Both the position numbers and the translations under genes were made by a program. A stretch of DNA of 64,000 nt from Trichinella spiralis (taxonomy: Eukaryota), in contig NW_003526943.1 of assembly GCF_000181795.1 (NCBI RefSeq), positions 8,912,849 to 8,976,848 of the forward strand, in the 5' to 3' direction. Each line of letters begins with the position of its first letter. Position 1 is the first letter of the stretch. Of this stretch, positions 28,848-40,746 are shown one piece after another. The notes under the pieces are model-generated. The model had not been told where the DNA came from. It searched no databases and saw only the letters and a list, made by a program, of their open reading frames with translations.

Positions 28848-29610
28848 TGGTGGAACTCAGATTATCCAAACACTCCGTTTTTTGAGGTCCTTCGGATAAT
28901 CAGACGTTTTCAATTTTTCAAAATGTATGTACGTAACTGAAGCGTCTATAGCTGTTATTCTCAATTAGACGCGGAAGAGTAGACATTTTGTTTATTATGC
29001 GACTTTATTTGCCCTTTACTCGCTTAAATTGCATGAACATTTATTAACGCAGCACTCTCACTGTCAGCAGACAACTTTTTGCCGTAAATTTCAAACTCGC
29101 GTATGCCATGCCGCTTTTAAAGTTTCTTAGCTAACCTGAACTACCTAAAAATGATCAATACCTAGCATAGTACTGAAAATTAGAGTTTTTTCTTGCAAAA
29201 TGGTACCACTTATTGGTTGATTAAGTGCACGTTTCTGGAGGAACCACGAGTACATTGCTGAACCAAGCGCGTTACTGATGCTTTTTTTATCGATTTTTGT
29301 GAAGAACTGCTACTCAAAGTATTCATGTGCGACACAAAGTCAGTTAGCTGACGTAGAATGCGATAGATGTGCGCAACTGTGGACAGACCCACACCAAAAC
29401 TCAGCGATTTTCCTGAGCGACTAGCCCCTCTCCACTAGTCTACAATACTTCTAGCTTTTGCTCTAAACTCAAAACCTTTTTGTTTATAGTAGTAGACATA
29501 CCAGACAAAAAAATTAGTCAACAAAAAACGTTACAGTATTAGTGAAATGAAGGTTGTCTAACCAAAAAAGTGTTCAGATAATTGAGTAACGGATAATCAG
29601 AGTTTCTCTG
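28848..29610. mobile_element. Non-autonomous pogo/Tigger-like element (MITE)
   Basis: TA|tggtggaactcagattatcc ... ggataatcagagtttctctg|TA: 15/20 TIR match, TA on both sides, extra subterminal gataat motifs. Confidence 0.7.
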
Positions 29611-31028
29611 TATTATTAAATCAACACAAAATATTTTTTTAAATATAATGAGCTATATTATTTCAGCTTTTATTACTTTATGATTTTTTCTTTGAGATGA
29701 TGATATGCTTTTTTGTTTATAACTGCTGAGTTTAATGAATAGCAATATTGTAATTTCAGTTATCATTTTTGTAAAACTCCTACGTGCAAAAGTTAAATTT
29801 ACATCAGGAAAGGAGAGCACTGCCACTCTAGGAAAATGCTACTATTTACATATTATTTGTTATGGATTTTTACTTCTTAGTTATCAACATTTTTAAAAAT
29901 AATTTCTTTTATTTTTTAATATTTTACTGTACCACCATGATGTTATATATCTTCTGAACTTTTAGTGCACCATGAACACAATAGTAGTTAGTAAAACAGT
30001 GATTAATAGTTTTCATTATTCAACAACAGTTCTAGTAAAGATTAGCCAATAACAACAATAATAACCACAATGAACAACACTTATCAGTGAACAGTATTAA
30101 GAAAGGCAGAATGATAAAAAATCAAAAGTAGGAAACATCACAGTATAATACAAACCGCCCGCTTACAACACCGTATAAAATCAGCTCAAATAATGGAACA
30201 ATCCATCTCAATTTGGGTTTTAAAGTATTGTTTAAAGTTTATAAAGCTTGTTTTGCTTTAAGTTCTTTCTCATTAATTAAACAAAGAAAATAATTTTAGT
30301 CATTCGCCTAATCACTGATCAAAGCTGAATAACTAATAAAATACTATGAGTCATTCGCCAATTAACATTCAAACGATGCATAGATTATCAGTGAACAGCC
30401 AATCAAAGAAAGGAGGTCAAATGTTGGACAAACGGCGAGTACCCCAGATGCAACTTTAAAAGCAAAAATGTACTGGTAAATAAATATTTATAATTCAAAA
30501 TAGATTTGTCTTCATTTTTCGCATATTTTACATATATATCATATTTTTTTATAAGTATATAATTTTCAACTCTATCACATTGTTAGCGTAATTTGCGTTG
30601 CATTATGAAATCTTTTTCCAACCCTCTTAAGATGGGTATATTTCTGGTAGATATTTTTTATCATTGATTTTCTAATAAAATATTTCAATCAACATTAATT
30701 ATTCACATATTTTTTTTTCATTTAATTTTTTGTGGCCCACTGAAAACAGTAAAATTTAAATGATTAGAATTATAATTCTCTGTTTTTTATTATACAAGAA
30801 AAAGTTGCTACAATTTTGTTTAAAATAACACTCACAGTCAAATATGATAGTAAAAATTTTGATTTCAAAAAGGCAATGAGAAACAAATCTGAAATTTGAT
30901 GAGGTACGTTGGCATAAATGATGGCGGAATTTTGGAATTAAGTGAAACTGTTTATTCATGTTCATTTTTCTAAAAAATTGCTTCAAAACAATATTTATGC
31001 AAAAGTCAAACAAGACATATATATATAT

Positions 31029-31220
31029 TGTTGGGACTGTTAGCTTCGACGACGAAAGGGTTGCAGCTTAATGGATCAAACACACAGAATCACAAGCACA
31101 AGCGAACGTCAGTAGAACACACACGGAGAGCACACAAAAAAACTATGAAAATGATACAGCATATGGAGGTACAGTATATTAAGAATTAGTTATATGGGGA
31201 TGACGGCGTGATTTTCAACA
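31029..31220 (-). repeat. Copia 3' LTR (192 bp, TG..CA)
   Basis: tgttggga...ttcaaca; preceded on the minus strand by the purine-rich TGAAGTGGGAA (PPT). Confidence 0.95.
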
Positions 31221-34200
31221 TTCCCACTTCACGCTGCCATCCCAATTAGCTTCACACGAGCAGCCAGACGACTCGCTGTAGGGCCTTTGTAAACATGTCG
31301 GCTGCATTGTCTGCACTTGGTATCTGCCGCATTTCTATTTCACCTTCTTGTATTTTTTCTTTGACAAAATGGTGCCTTATATCAATGTGACTTGTCCTTG
31401 CTGACGATGATTGACCGGTGCTGATGCTAACGGCTGCACTATTGCCGCATAGCAGAGTAGGCTTGCTAGTCTCTTTTTTCAACTCAATGAGCGATGAGCG
31501 TAGGCCATGCGGTTTCTTGTGCAGCGTGGCTTAGGGCCATGTATTCAGCTTCTGTTGTTGATAACGCTACCGTCCGCTGCTTCTTTGATGACCATGCTAT
31601 CACTGCACTAGAGTGACACACAACGCATCCAGAGATGGATCGACGATCATCTCTGTCATTGGCCCAGTCGGCATCGGAATACACGGTGAGTGCGTTCTCA
31701 GTCCGCTTGTACACTACTTTCCCACTCTTTGTGTACTTCAAGTATCAAAAGATGCGCTTAACGGCAGTCAAATGTGCCTTTCCAGGGTTATCAAAAAACG
31801 ACTGACAATCCCCACTGCCTGGCAAATGTCTGGATCACAACTTTGACTCAAATAAACCAGGCATCTGACGGCTTCTCTGTATGGTACAGTGTGCATCCGC
31901 TTTGTTTCACCATCACTCCTCAGCATCATGGCATTCGATAGAACCTGGTTAGGGTCCAACGGTGCTTCTGCAGTCGGACATTCTGAATCAGTGCAGCATT
32001 TCCTTGATGTACTGCTCCTGGTCAATTGGCAGTGTGCTATTTTCAACGTCTTGCACGATTGTGATTCCTAGGCACCAATGGGCTTTACCAAGATCTTTCA
32101 TTTTGAAACGCTCACACAACACCGTCTTCAATTCATTTTTTGATCATTCGTTGTTTGAGAGTATGAGCAATTGAGTATGAGAGTACGGTGAGGAAATTGT
32201 TGTTTTTCCAAAGGAAGTAGATACAGAGCTTGTTCTTCAACCTGTTCAGCCTGAAACTCTGAAGGGTGTCATCCAGCATTCCGTACCATGCACGACTCGC
32301 TTGCTTCAGACCGTAGATGGATTTTCGTAGCCGGCAGTACTTGTTGCTTTCATCAGCAACACCAATCGGTAGTTCCATGTATATTTCTTAATTAAGGCTC
32401 AGATTCAGGAAGGCAGTCACAACGTCCATTTGTTCTACTTCGAAATTGTACTTCGCTGCCAATGACAGAAGATAGCGCAGCGAAGAATGGCCTAGTGTCG
32501 GGGCGAACGTGTCTTCATAGTCAATTCCTTGCAGTTGTGAGTATATTTTGGCCACAAGTCGCGCTTTTCGTTTCTCAATCGTCCCATCTTCTTTATACTT
32601 CGTTTTGAAGACCCATTTATTTTTGATGGCTTCTTGTGTGGAGGCAAGACGGCAGGTTCCCATGATTGGTTTTCGCAATGGGATGCCAATTCTTCGTTGA
32701 TCGCCTTCAGCCACTCCATGGCATCCGGACGATTCACAGCCTCTTCATAGCTGATGGGATCGCTTTGCTCACGCACTTGGGCCTGAAAAAGAAGAAAATC
32801 CGAGTTAAATATGTTTCGATTAGGAATACGGTTTCGTAATGGTCTCCTTAGTTCTTCTGGCGACGACTTCGCTGACGGTTGTGGAATTTGTACAATGGAC
32901 TCATCACTATCGGTGTCCACTTTAGGTGTCTCAGTCAAACCACCGTCTCGAGGAGTCCATACAATTACTGGCTCTTCTCCAACGTCTGGATTTGGAAGAG
33001 GATTTGTCGATCCTTCCTTTGACGCCTGGGTGCCAGGGAACCGTGATTCCAAGAACTTCACGTCTCTCGTGACGTACATCTTTTTCGTTTTACATTACGG
33101 TATCGTTTGCTGGTTTCACAGTAATCAACGAAGATCCGTTTTTTGGATTTCAGATCCCACTTCTTTTGTTGTCCTGAGGGTACGTGGACCATTGCCAAAC
33201 AGCCAAAGACTTTTAAGTGCGCCAAGTTTGGCTTACGTCCAGACCAAGCCTCTTCTGGAGTCATCTTTCACAGAGCCTTTGTGGGGCATCTGTTTCGCAG
33301 GTAGTTGGCTGTGCCCACAGCTTTCGCACACAAATCTGGGTTCAAGTTGACATCTATCAACATCGTTCTGGTCTTTTCCACAAGCGTTCGGTTCATCCTT
33401 TCTGCAACGCCATTTTGTTGAGGCGTTTCAGGAATCGTCCGTTCGTGACGAATGCCTTTTCTGGCCAGAAATTCTGCGAACATGCTGTTCATGTATTCGC
33501 GCCCATTATCGGTTCGCAGGCACTTCACCTTTTTCGAAACCGTTCGAAGTTTGCCTTTCCACCAATGCGATGAAGTCTTTGAACTTCGGCAGGGCTTCAT
33601 TCTTGTGCTTCAGGAAGTACACAAAGGATTTCCGTGAGAAATCATCGATGAATGAAAGGAAGTATCGAGCACCACCAACGAACGCTACTTGCAAGGGTCC
33701 ACATATGCCTGAGTGTACCAGCTCAAGAACGTCTTTTGATCTCTTTGTGGCCAATTTCGAAAAGGACGAACGACACTTTTTGCCTTTCAGACAAGTGACA
33801 CAATCCGTTTTTGTGATTGCATCAGATGGAATGCCAGTTGCTTGCCCATCTTGCAAGAGCTTCATTGATCTACGACTTAAATGCCCTAGTCGACGGTGCC
33901 ACAGGTCGGGGATATCCTGCATAGCCATAGCCCAATGGTCACACCGATTTAGCTGATACAGTCCATTATATTGCATCGCAGTACCGAGAATATGTTGTCT
34001 CAGGACTTTAACACCTATGTCGACTATTCGGCAACCGTATTCGTCGAAGATCAACGTTTTCTTTTGTGCGGCTATTCGACTTACCGACAGGAGATTCAGG
34101 GCCAGTTCCGGAGCATGTCGAACGTCGTGGGCCACCATCGTCTTCTCAGTAGCAAGGGGAATTTTCACAACGCCGCATTCCCTTAGTCGATATATTTCTT

Positions 34201-35159
34201 CCATTGGCAATGGCCACTGTGTGTGCAGTACGACCGTTGTACTCTTCCATCCAATCGTCGCGATGAGTCAGATGCGTTGTGGCGCCGGAATCTAAGAACC
34301 AATCTTTGTCGCCATTAGTTGCCTTTTGAATCAGGAGACAGCTTGCAGCAAAATTTGTGTTTGCTGCTAAGTGCTTTTCTGATTTCTTCTGATTTCTCAT
34401 AGACCGGCGATCGCTTATCACAAAGGGACATTTTGCAAGGATGTGTCCCGTTTGCTTGCATTTAAAACATCTTCGATTGTAACGTTCCTTGGCCTTCTCT
34501 TTAGCATTCTGGCTCACAAAAGCACAGCTCTCATCCTTGGACAATGGTGAAGCAAGTTGTTGAACGTTATTTGCAGTAACAAGCTCTTGATGAATTTCAT
34601 CGTAATTTTCTGATTCGATCCTTGGATGCCAAGTATCAGAGGTTAGAATTCGGTCGGCAATCCACCAAGGATTATGCCACCAACCGTTTCATCGTCCAGA
34701 GATTTTCCAATCGCCTCTAGCTGATCCGCGATACCAGTAATACGGTCGATATAAGCTGCCACCGATCCGCATTCTTCGAATCAGGTCTTCAACAGTGACG
34801 AGTAGAGGCCAGTACGACGCACCAAACCGTTGTTTTAATAGGCGCACGCTTGCTTGGCCGTTACCGCCTTGCGGACATCACCACTAGCACAGAGCTTGAT
34901 TGACAAATTTATCTTTGCCAATGCTCGCTGGTCCAGCTCATGATCGGCATTTTCATTTTTTACACAGTGCCATAAGCCAGCATCCACTAAGTAATTCTTC
35001 ATGGCGAACTTCCACTCAGAACAATTTGTACCATCCAAATGTTTCGACTCTGGCAGGCCACCAACTGCAGAAGCCAGGACCGTAGGCTTCCTCGAGGCAA
35101 GCTGTGCTTGCCGGGCCTGGACTTTCTCGATCAACTGGCTAACAACTTGATCCAATAGA

Positions 35160-35188
35160 CGCAGAGGAAGCGTGCTGGGCCCATAACC
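35160..35188 (-). promoter_or_regulatory. Copia PBS complementary to the D-arm/anticodon region of initiator tRNA-Met
   Basis: Plus strand cgcagaggaagcgtgctgggcccataacc; minus strand GGTTATGGGCCCAG is the copia-type half-tRNA PBS. Confidence 0.9.
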
Positions 35189-35189
35189 A

Positions 35190-35353
35190 TTCGACGACAA
35201 AAAGGTTGCATCAAACACACAGAATCACAAGCACAAGCTAACGTCAGTAGAACACACAGAGAGCACACAAAAAAACTATGAAAACTATACAGTATATGGG
35301 GGTACAGTATATTAATAATTAGGTATATGGGGATGACGGCGTAATTTCCAACA
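35190..35353 (-). repeat. Copia 5' LTR, lacking its PBS-proximal 16 nt
   Basis: Direct repeat of 31045-31220 with a 10-nt deletion and scattered substitutions. Confidence 0.92.
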
Positions 35354-35939
35354 TATATATATATAATTCATAAACTTTAATTTAATAATGTTATAGTATG
35401 TTATGTTATAATTGATAAATTTTAACTTGTCTGTCAGTAATTCCCCAGGATGCTTCATCGGTAATAGGTCAGAAATTTTTTCTTATCTAGAAATAAAAAT
35501 GACTATGTAATTTTGTGAACAGATGTGAATTCTGTTGAAGTTCACGGTTTTACGTGAAATAGCGCAAAGATTTCCTTCTTTTTCCATATTCTTTCATTCT
35601 TTTTCCATATCCTCATTGTACATAATTTAGATAAGAATAAGGGATTTATTCAAACCAGTCTTATTTCAAATCCAAAGAAGTGAACAAATCTATTTTATAT
35701 GACGTGCAAATTAAAGCACTTTTACATCCTTTATGACAGTTTTCATAGCATCCATATTGTTACTTTTAATGTTTTTGAAATTTATTAAAATTAGCTATTT
35801 ATATAGCAATTTATGCACCTTTCTTATTCATAGAGATATTCTTTATGAGCTCCACATTTTTTTCAGTTTTCATTTGATAATGTTTAGTATAATCAACATT
35901 TTTGAAAATCATTATTTCATTATTATTACTGCATTTGTA

Positions 35940-36590
35940 AAAAGTGTCAAATTTTCACAAATACTTGCCACCTCTATACTTACACCCCGTCGCCGATGCC
36001 TTATAATCCCACGCAATTGTCTGAAATCTACAAGGGATATCATGAATCGTCTACTGATTTTCATGTTAAATATTTATTCCATATTTAGTTTTCTATTCGT
36101 TTGATTGAATGTATGACAGTCAAAATCATTGCCAGAAGTAAATGGACTGTCCAGCGCATTTTTTTAAAAAGCATTGTGACTATAGTATTTACTTCATACA
36201 TTACGCATTTACTCAAATTTCGCGTTATTTTTACGCTGCATGCTGCTAGCATGAAAGCGGACATTCTGCACTTTCAGACATATCTGAACTAGTTGAGCAA
36301 TGTATGTCAAACGCTGAAATCGCGGGATATCTTCTGACGTAAACAAAACTCCCGTTCGCAGCGTCTCCTTTCCCTTCACCCTACTGTTTTCATCTTTCTC
36401 ATCTTAGCATTAGGGGTTATTTAGCCTCATAGTTTGATTAAGTCATTGTCAGTACAGTTATAGTGTGGAACCTCATAAGCGGAATCAACTTTGCACTGAA
36501 CCTGCATAGCCACAGCATACATACACCCTAGGGTCTAAAAATAAACTTTATCTTTTTGGCGGTTTTGAAATCTGTGAATGTTGAGGGGCA
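35940..36590 (-). repeat. Right arm of the long inverted repeat (partner 25320-25975)
   Basis: Colinear reverse-complement match, e.g. ctagggtctaaaaataaa and ttttgaaatctgtgaatgttgaggg. Confidence 0.9.
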
Positions 36591-38029
36591 GTTGTATATA
36601 AATCATAATTACCTTCTGTTCATTCGTTTTCTTGAGAAAAGAATTGGGGACTGACATATGAAGATGAAAATTTGCTTTAGAAATATTGAAAACGGAGCCA
36701 CCCATGAGAAACAGGATTAATCCTATTGGAGAGATTTAAAATTTTCGTCTGATTTAATAAGAAATGCTACTGCTTTATTACACATTGCAGAAAACATTAA
36801 CAAATTGAAATGAAAAACAACTAGGAAGAGATTATAATTTTGGTGATTTGGTCTACTTCGTGCCAAATTTTCACTGCCCTATTTTAGTGGTCGTTCAACG
36901 CGCTATTTTACTGGACGTTCGTTCCGTTGTTTTATTGGTTAATTGAAACAAACTCAAGATAAGCATTAAATAATCAAAAATTAAATAGTTTTGAAATGTA
37001 ATTATTTGACGAACCTTAATTAAAATCAACTAATTTTTTGAATGAAATCTGAATAAAATGGCGTTTTTTATACTGTATTAATTTAATGAAAAATTCACTT
37101 CTGGTACAAGAATATCTGTTTCTATATTTCATTGCAATTTTGTGAATTTTTAAATATATCTAGAGTTTTAGGTTTATTTCCTATGTGTGTGAAAAGCCAT
37201 TTGACAAAATATTTGTTTTTGGACAATACATTATTTCCCAACCTTTCATACTCAAATGTGGACTCTAAATTTCAACAGAAAAAGTCACTTTGCTCAAATT
37301 TTGTTGTTAGTTGAAGTTTTAACAACTGTATTGTCATTCACTAAAACTAAAAAATATAAATACATTTAAAAAGTATATCATTTTTAAAAACACAGCGACT
37401 AAAAATCTTTTATTTTTTCATAAAACTAACCACTGATAAGAAACCAGTATTTGACAAATATAATGCATAAGAGCGACAACGAATGAAATTTAGATGTGTG
37501 CATCAGAGCAGCAACTAATGAAATTTGCTGCAAAATAGTAGGCGGAGTTCATTTGGGAAAATCAGGTCTATCCCATCATGATCGATGAAAAAGATTACAT
37601 TGAAACCTACCGGGTAAATGAGCACCTGTTATATAATACGGATAAAAAGGTGGTTTTGGAAATGCAAAGTACAAAAGTCAACCATCATGGCCATCTACGA
37701 CAAAGAAGTAGAAGCCTCTGCCGAGTCATCTACGGTTTCCAGGTCAGTTTCCAGATTTTATATGTGTGAGGGTCACAATGTACTACAATCAGGTAAAACG
37801 CTTCTCCAGACTTTCCTAGCTGACTGATGCATACTGAACCGCAGAAGTGCCAGAATGCCCATTTTCAACAACAGGCTGATGTAAACTTCTGTTGTGTATG
37901 TGTAACAAAATTTATTTAAAATATTTATAAAAATGTTTACATACTTTATTAATAATATTAATCATTGTGATGATGGACCAGCCTTTGACGGCTCGATCTT
38001 GGGTTTCTTGTTGATGAAACTATCAGGCT

Positions 38030-38800
38030 TTAACTATCTCTCTTCTGATTTCTCTGATGTAGGATTGCATGATAACAAGATATCATTTCAAGAACACCTC
38101 GTCTTGATTTGGAACTCTGCTCATAATCAGTATCCTGTTCTACGAATTGGTCCATGATTTGTGCACTATTAGTGATAATGTTCTTGAGGAATTCTGTTGT
38201 TAGAGTTCTCACACGTATATCCTTTTTCAAATCAATGACTGTTGCTTCATTATCAGTGCATAGCTGTGCCAGTTGTTTCAGGTCAGCATTGCTAAGGTTC
38301 TCGTCATGTGATTCCAATAACTGCTAATCAACTTCCTTATCACCACTATTTCCACTTCATGGGCCAGTTCACTGATGTCTTTCACTACTGATTTCCTTTC
38401 GAGTTCATCCAAGATGCTACATGCTTCTTGCCTACCAGCCTCCAGACTCTGTCCATACATCGTTAGCTATTTATAGCATCCATAATGTTGTAATTCTTTC
38501 AAAATTGCATGACGGATTGTTGGCCTACACTTTCCGCTTTCTGTAAAAGGGTCTTAAATGTGCGGCGTGGTTCGTAAGCCTTAAAATTCAATATCAGTAT
38601 CTGGTCCATTAGCTGCAGCAATGAAGTGTTATAGAGTAGAGGGTAAACTACTTCAACAGGAATGCAGGTTTGCAGTAACTCAAGATTTTCTGGGTGGCCA
38701 GGAGCATTATCGAGCAACAACAATGCTTTTGGTTCCATGCTTTTCTCCTCACAATAGCGCTTTACAGACTGACAAAAATATTTGGATATCTTACCCATGG
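38030..38800 (-). pseudogene. pogo/Tigger (DDE_1) transposase remnant, C-terminal half
   Basis: KALLLLDNAPGHP, NTSLLQLMDQILILNFKAY, ESHDENLSNADL and DTDYEQSSKSRRGV..CY, spread over shifted frames with stops. Confidence 0.88.
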
Positions 38801-39400
38801 TATATATTGTAATAAAGTTCATATTTGTTTGTTGTTGTAAAATGGAAATTTATATATTATATATTTACTTAGTTCTGAAGCGCTTATATCGAATGACAAA
38901 AAAGGTTTCTGTGCAAAACAGTCTGTTGAACAGCGTAGACTTGAAGAAATAAAATGCAAAAGCAAACTTACAAGAATAAAATTGAGTAATAACATAACCT
39001 TTTGTTATCAGTAGAATGTAAAGCGCAGAAGCTTTTTAATAGCAGCATTTTCAGTCTAAAAACAAATACACTCTACTACGCATTATAACCAAAAGCTTTC
39101 TCTTTAAAAATGATAAATGCTTCTTTATGTTCATATAAGGTAATTTAATAATAATACACCCCATATTTGGAAAATCGTTGATAAACAACAATCCTCCAAT
39201 CAATAATTAAAACAAAGAACAAATCAAATGGCACAAGTTATTCGCCCAATTACTTATCATAATGATTAGCTAATAAAGCAGCAGAAGTCTTTAGCCAATT
39301 ACCAATCATTCGCGGGCAACCTATCACAAAAAGGAAGAGGAGTTGGGAAAAATGGGCATTCGATAAATGAAGTTTCAAGTGAATGTGCTTTAGAAAATTG

Positions 39401-40207
39401 TGCAGCGGACATGGACCGAGCTAATGAAATTTTTCCTGCAGAAAATGAAGAGGAAGAAAACTAAAGCTTCCATATGAAGAATTGGACATGAAGATCGGAG
39501 ACGGAGTACGGTAGTGGTTGTTAACATGAGCGGTTGACGAGTTGCCAGAAAAGTGTGTTCGTTGTTACATCGTCGTCGGTCCTTGCTTCTGATTGTTTAA
39601 TAAAGTATATACTCATTGTTTGTCCCGCCGGGTAGAGCTCGCGGCGGACTGAGTCGCTAAGAAGATAGCGAGCGGCCATGCCGTGGTCAGAAGGCGGAAC
39701 CCTGCTGAGGCAGAGGAAGTCTTCCAGCCTCTCCAGCCATTCGACGGAATCCATCTCTGGACTAAAAGCAGGGGCGGGCGTTAGTAGTCACCTCGGTACG
39801 CCGATGGCATCATTTCCCGGACAGGCCCCCATTGTAACGGGCTGCTGCCTCGAGCAGGCTCGTCCGCTTCTTCCACCAGATTATTGGCGCGTCCATCGCT
39901 ATTTGGCGACGGGCCGGTATTGATCGGCGCATTTCCTTTCCTTTCTGTCTCGCGCTTTCCTGATGGCATTGCGACAATAAAACAACAAACAATGAGTATA
40001 TACTTTATTAAACAATCAGAAACAAGGATCGACGACGATGTAACAACGTACACACTTTTCTGGGAACTTGCCAACCGCTCCTGTCAACAACCACTACCGT
40101 ACTCCGACTCCGATCTTCATGTCTAATTCTTCATACGGTAGCTTTAGTTTTCTTCCTCTTCATTTTCTTCAGGAAAAATTTCATTAGCTCGATCTATGTC
40201 CGCTGCA
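39401..40207. mobile_element. Palindromic LTR-derived structure: LTR(+) 39401-39623, Ty3/gypsy-like gag fragment(-), LTR(-) 39970-40207
   Basis: 223-bp arms with 15 mismatches and no indels (manual count); the spacer encodes PAPAFSPEMDSVEWLERLEDFLCLSRVPPSDHGMAARYLLSDSVRRELYP, a gag capsid-like N-terminus. Confidence 0.88.
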
Positions 40208-40746
40208 CCGATAAAAAAGAAATTTTGCCTTTGAAAAGTGTGTTTTGCTGAGTGAAACTGTCTTATCTGTTGTAACTTCTCAAAGGTCAAAGAGCTAGAA
40301 CCAGTGCGAACGGTATGGTACAAAATGCGCTTCAGCAATGGCCAGTAATTAAGCGTTAAACAATGGGCACCTTGCAAAACAATTGAATTCACATTCATGC
40401 AACGCAGTATTTATGTTTAATATTTGGCCAGATTTTATTGCATACATAGGGACTTTATTTAATGTTCAAATTGAAAATACGCAAAGCAGTTTTGTCTACT
40501 ATCCTGAATTTTATTAACTTCCATCTACCGTATGAAACGTGATGTTGCACTTGATGAACTGTGCTGTATTGTATGCTATATAATAAAGAATAATAAAATA
40601 AAATACAAGTATAATGTAATTTAATATATTATTATGTATATTTTAATACATTATACTATCACTTAAATTTTTATCTTACTGTACATTATTCAAACTTGCT
40701 GTAGTGACGGTTGTAGAAGTGTTAGGGAACTTGCAATTATGACATA

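Larger units (their letters stand above)
31029..35353 (-). mobile_element. Full-length decayed Ty1/copia retrotransposon
   Basis: LTRs 31029-31220 and about 35190-35353; TSD tatat/tatat; order gag (CFKCKQTGHILAKC) - protease (WFLDSGATTH) - GAG-pre-integrase (LWHRRLGH) - integrase (FIDDFSR, RTDNGRE, TPQQNGVAERMNRT) - RT (KARLVAK, QMDVVTAFL, LRKSIYGLKQASRAW) - RNase H (YSDADWA, VALSTTEAEY, HIDIRHHFV, ADMFTK); many frameshifts and stops. Confidence 0.97.

Noticed and set aside
35160..35188. Initiator tRNA-Met gene
   Set aside because: No T arm or acceptor stem; it is the copia PBS
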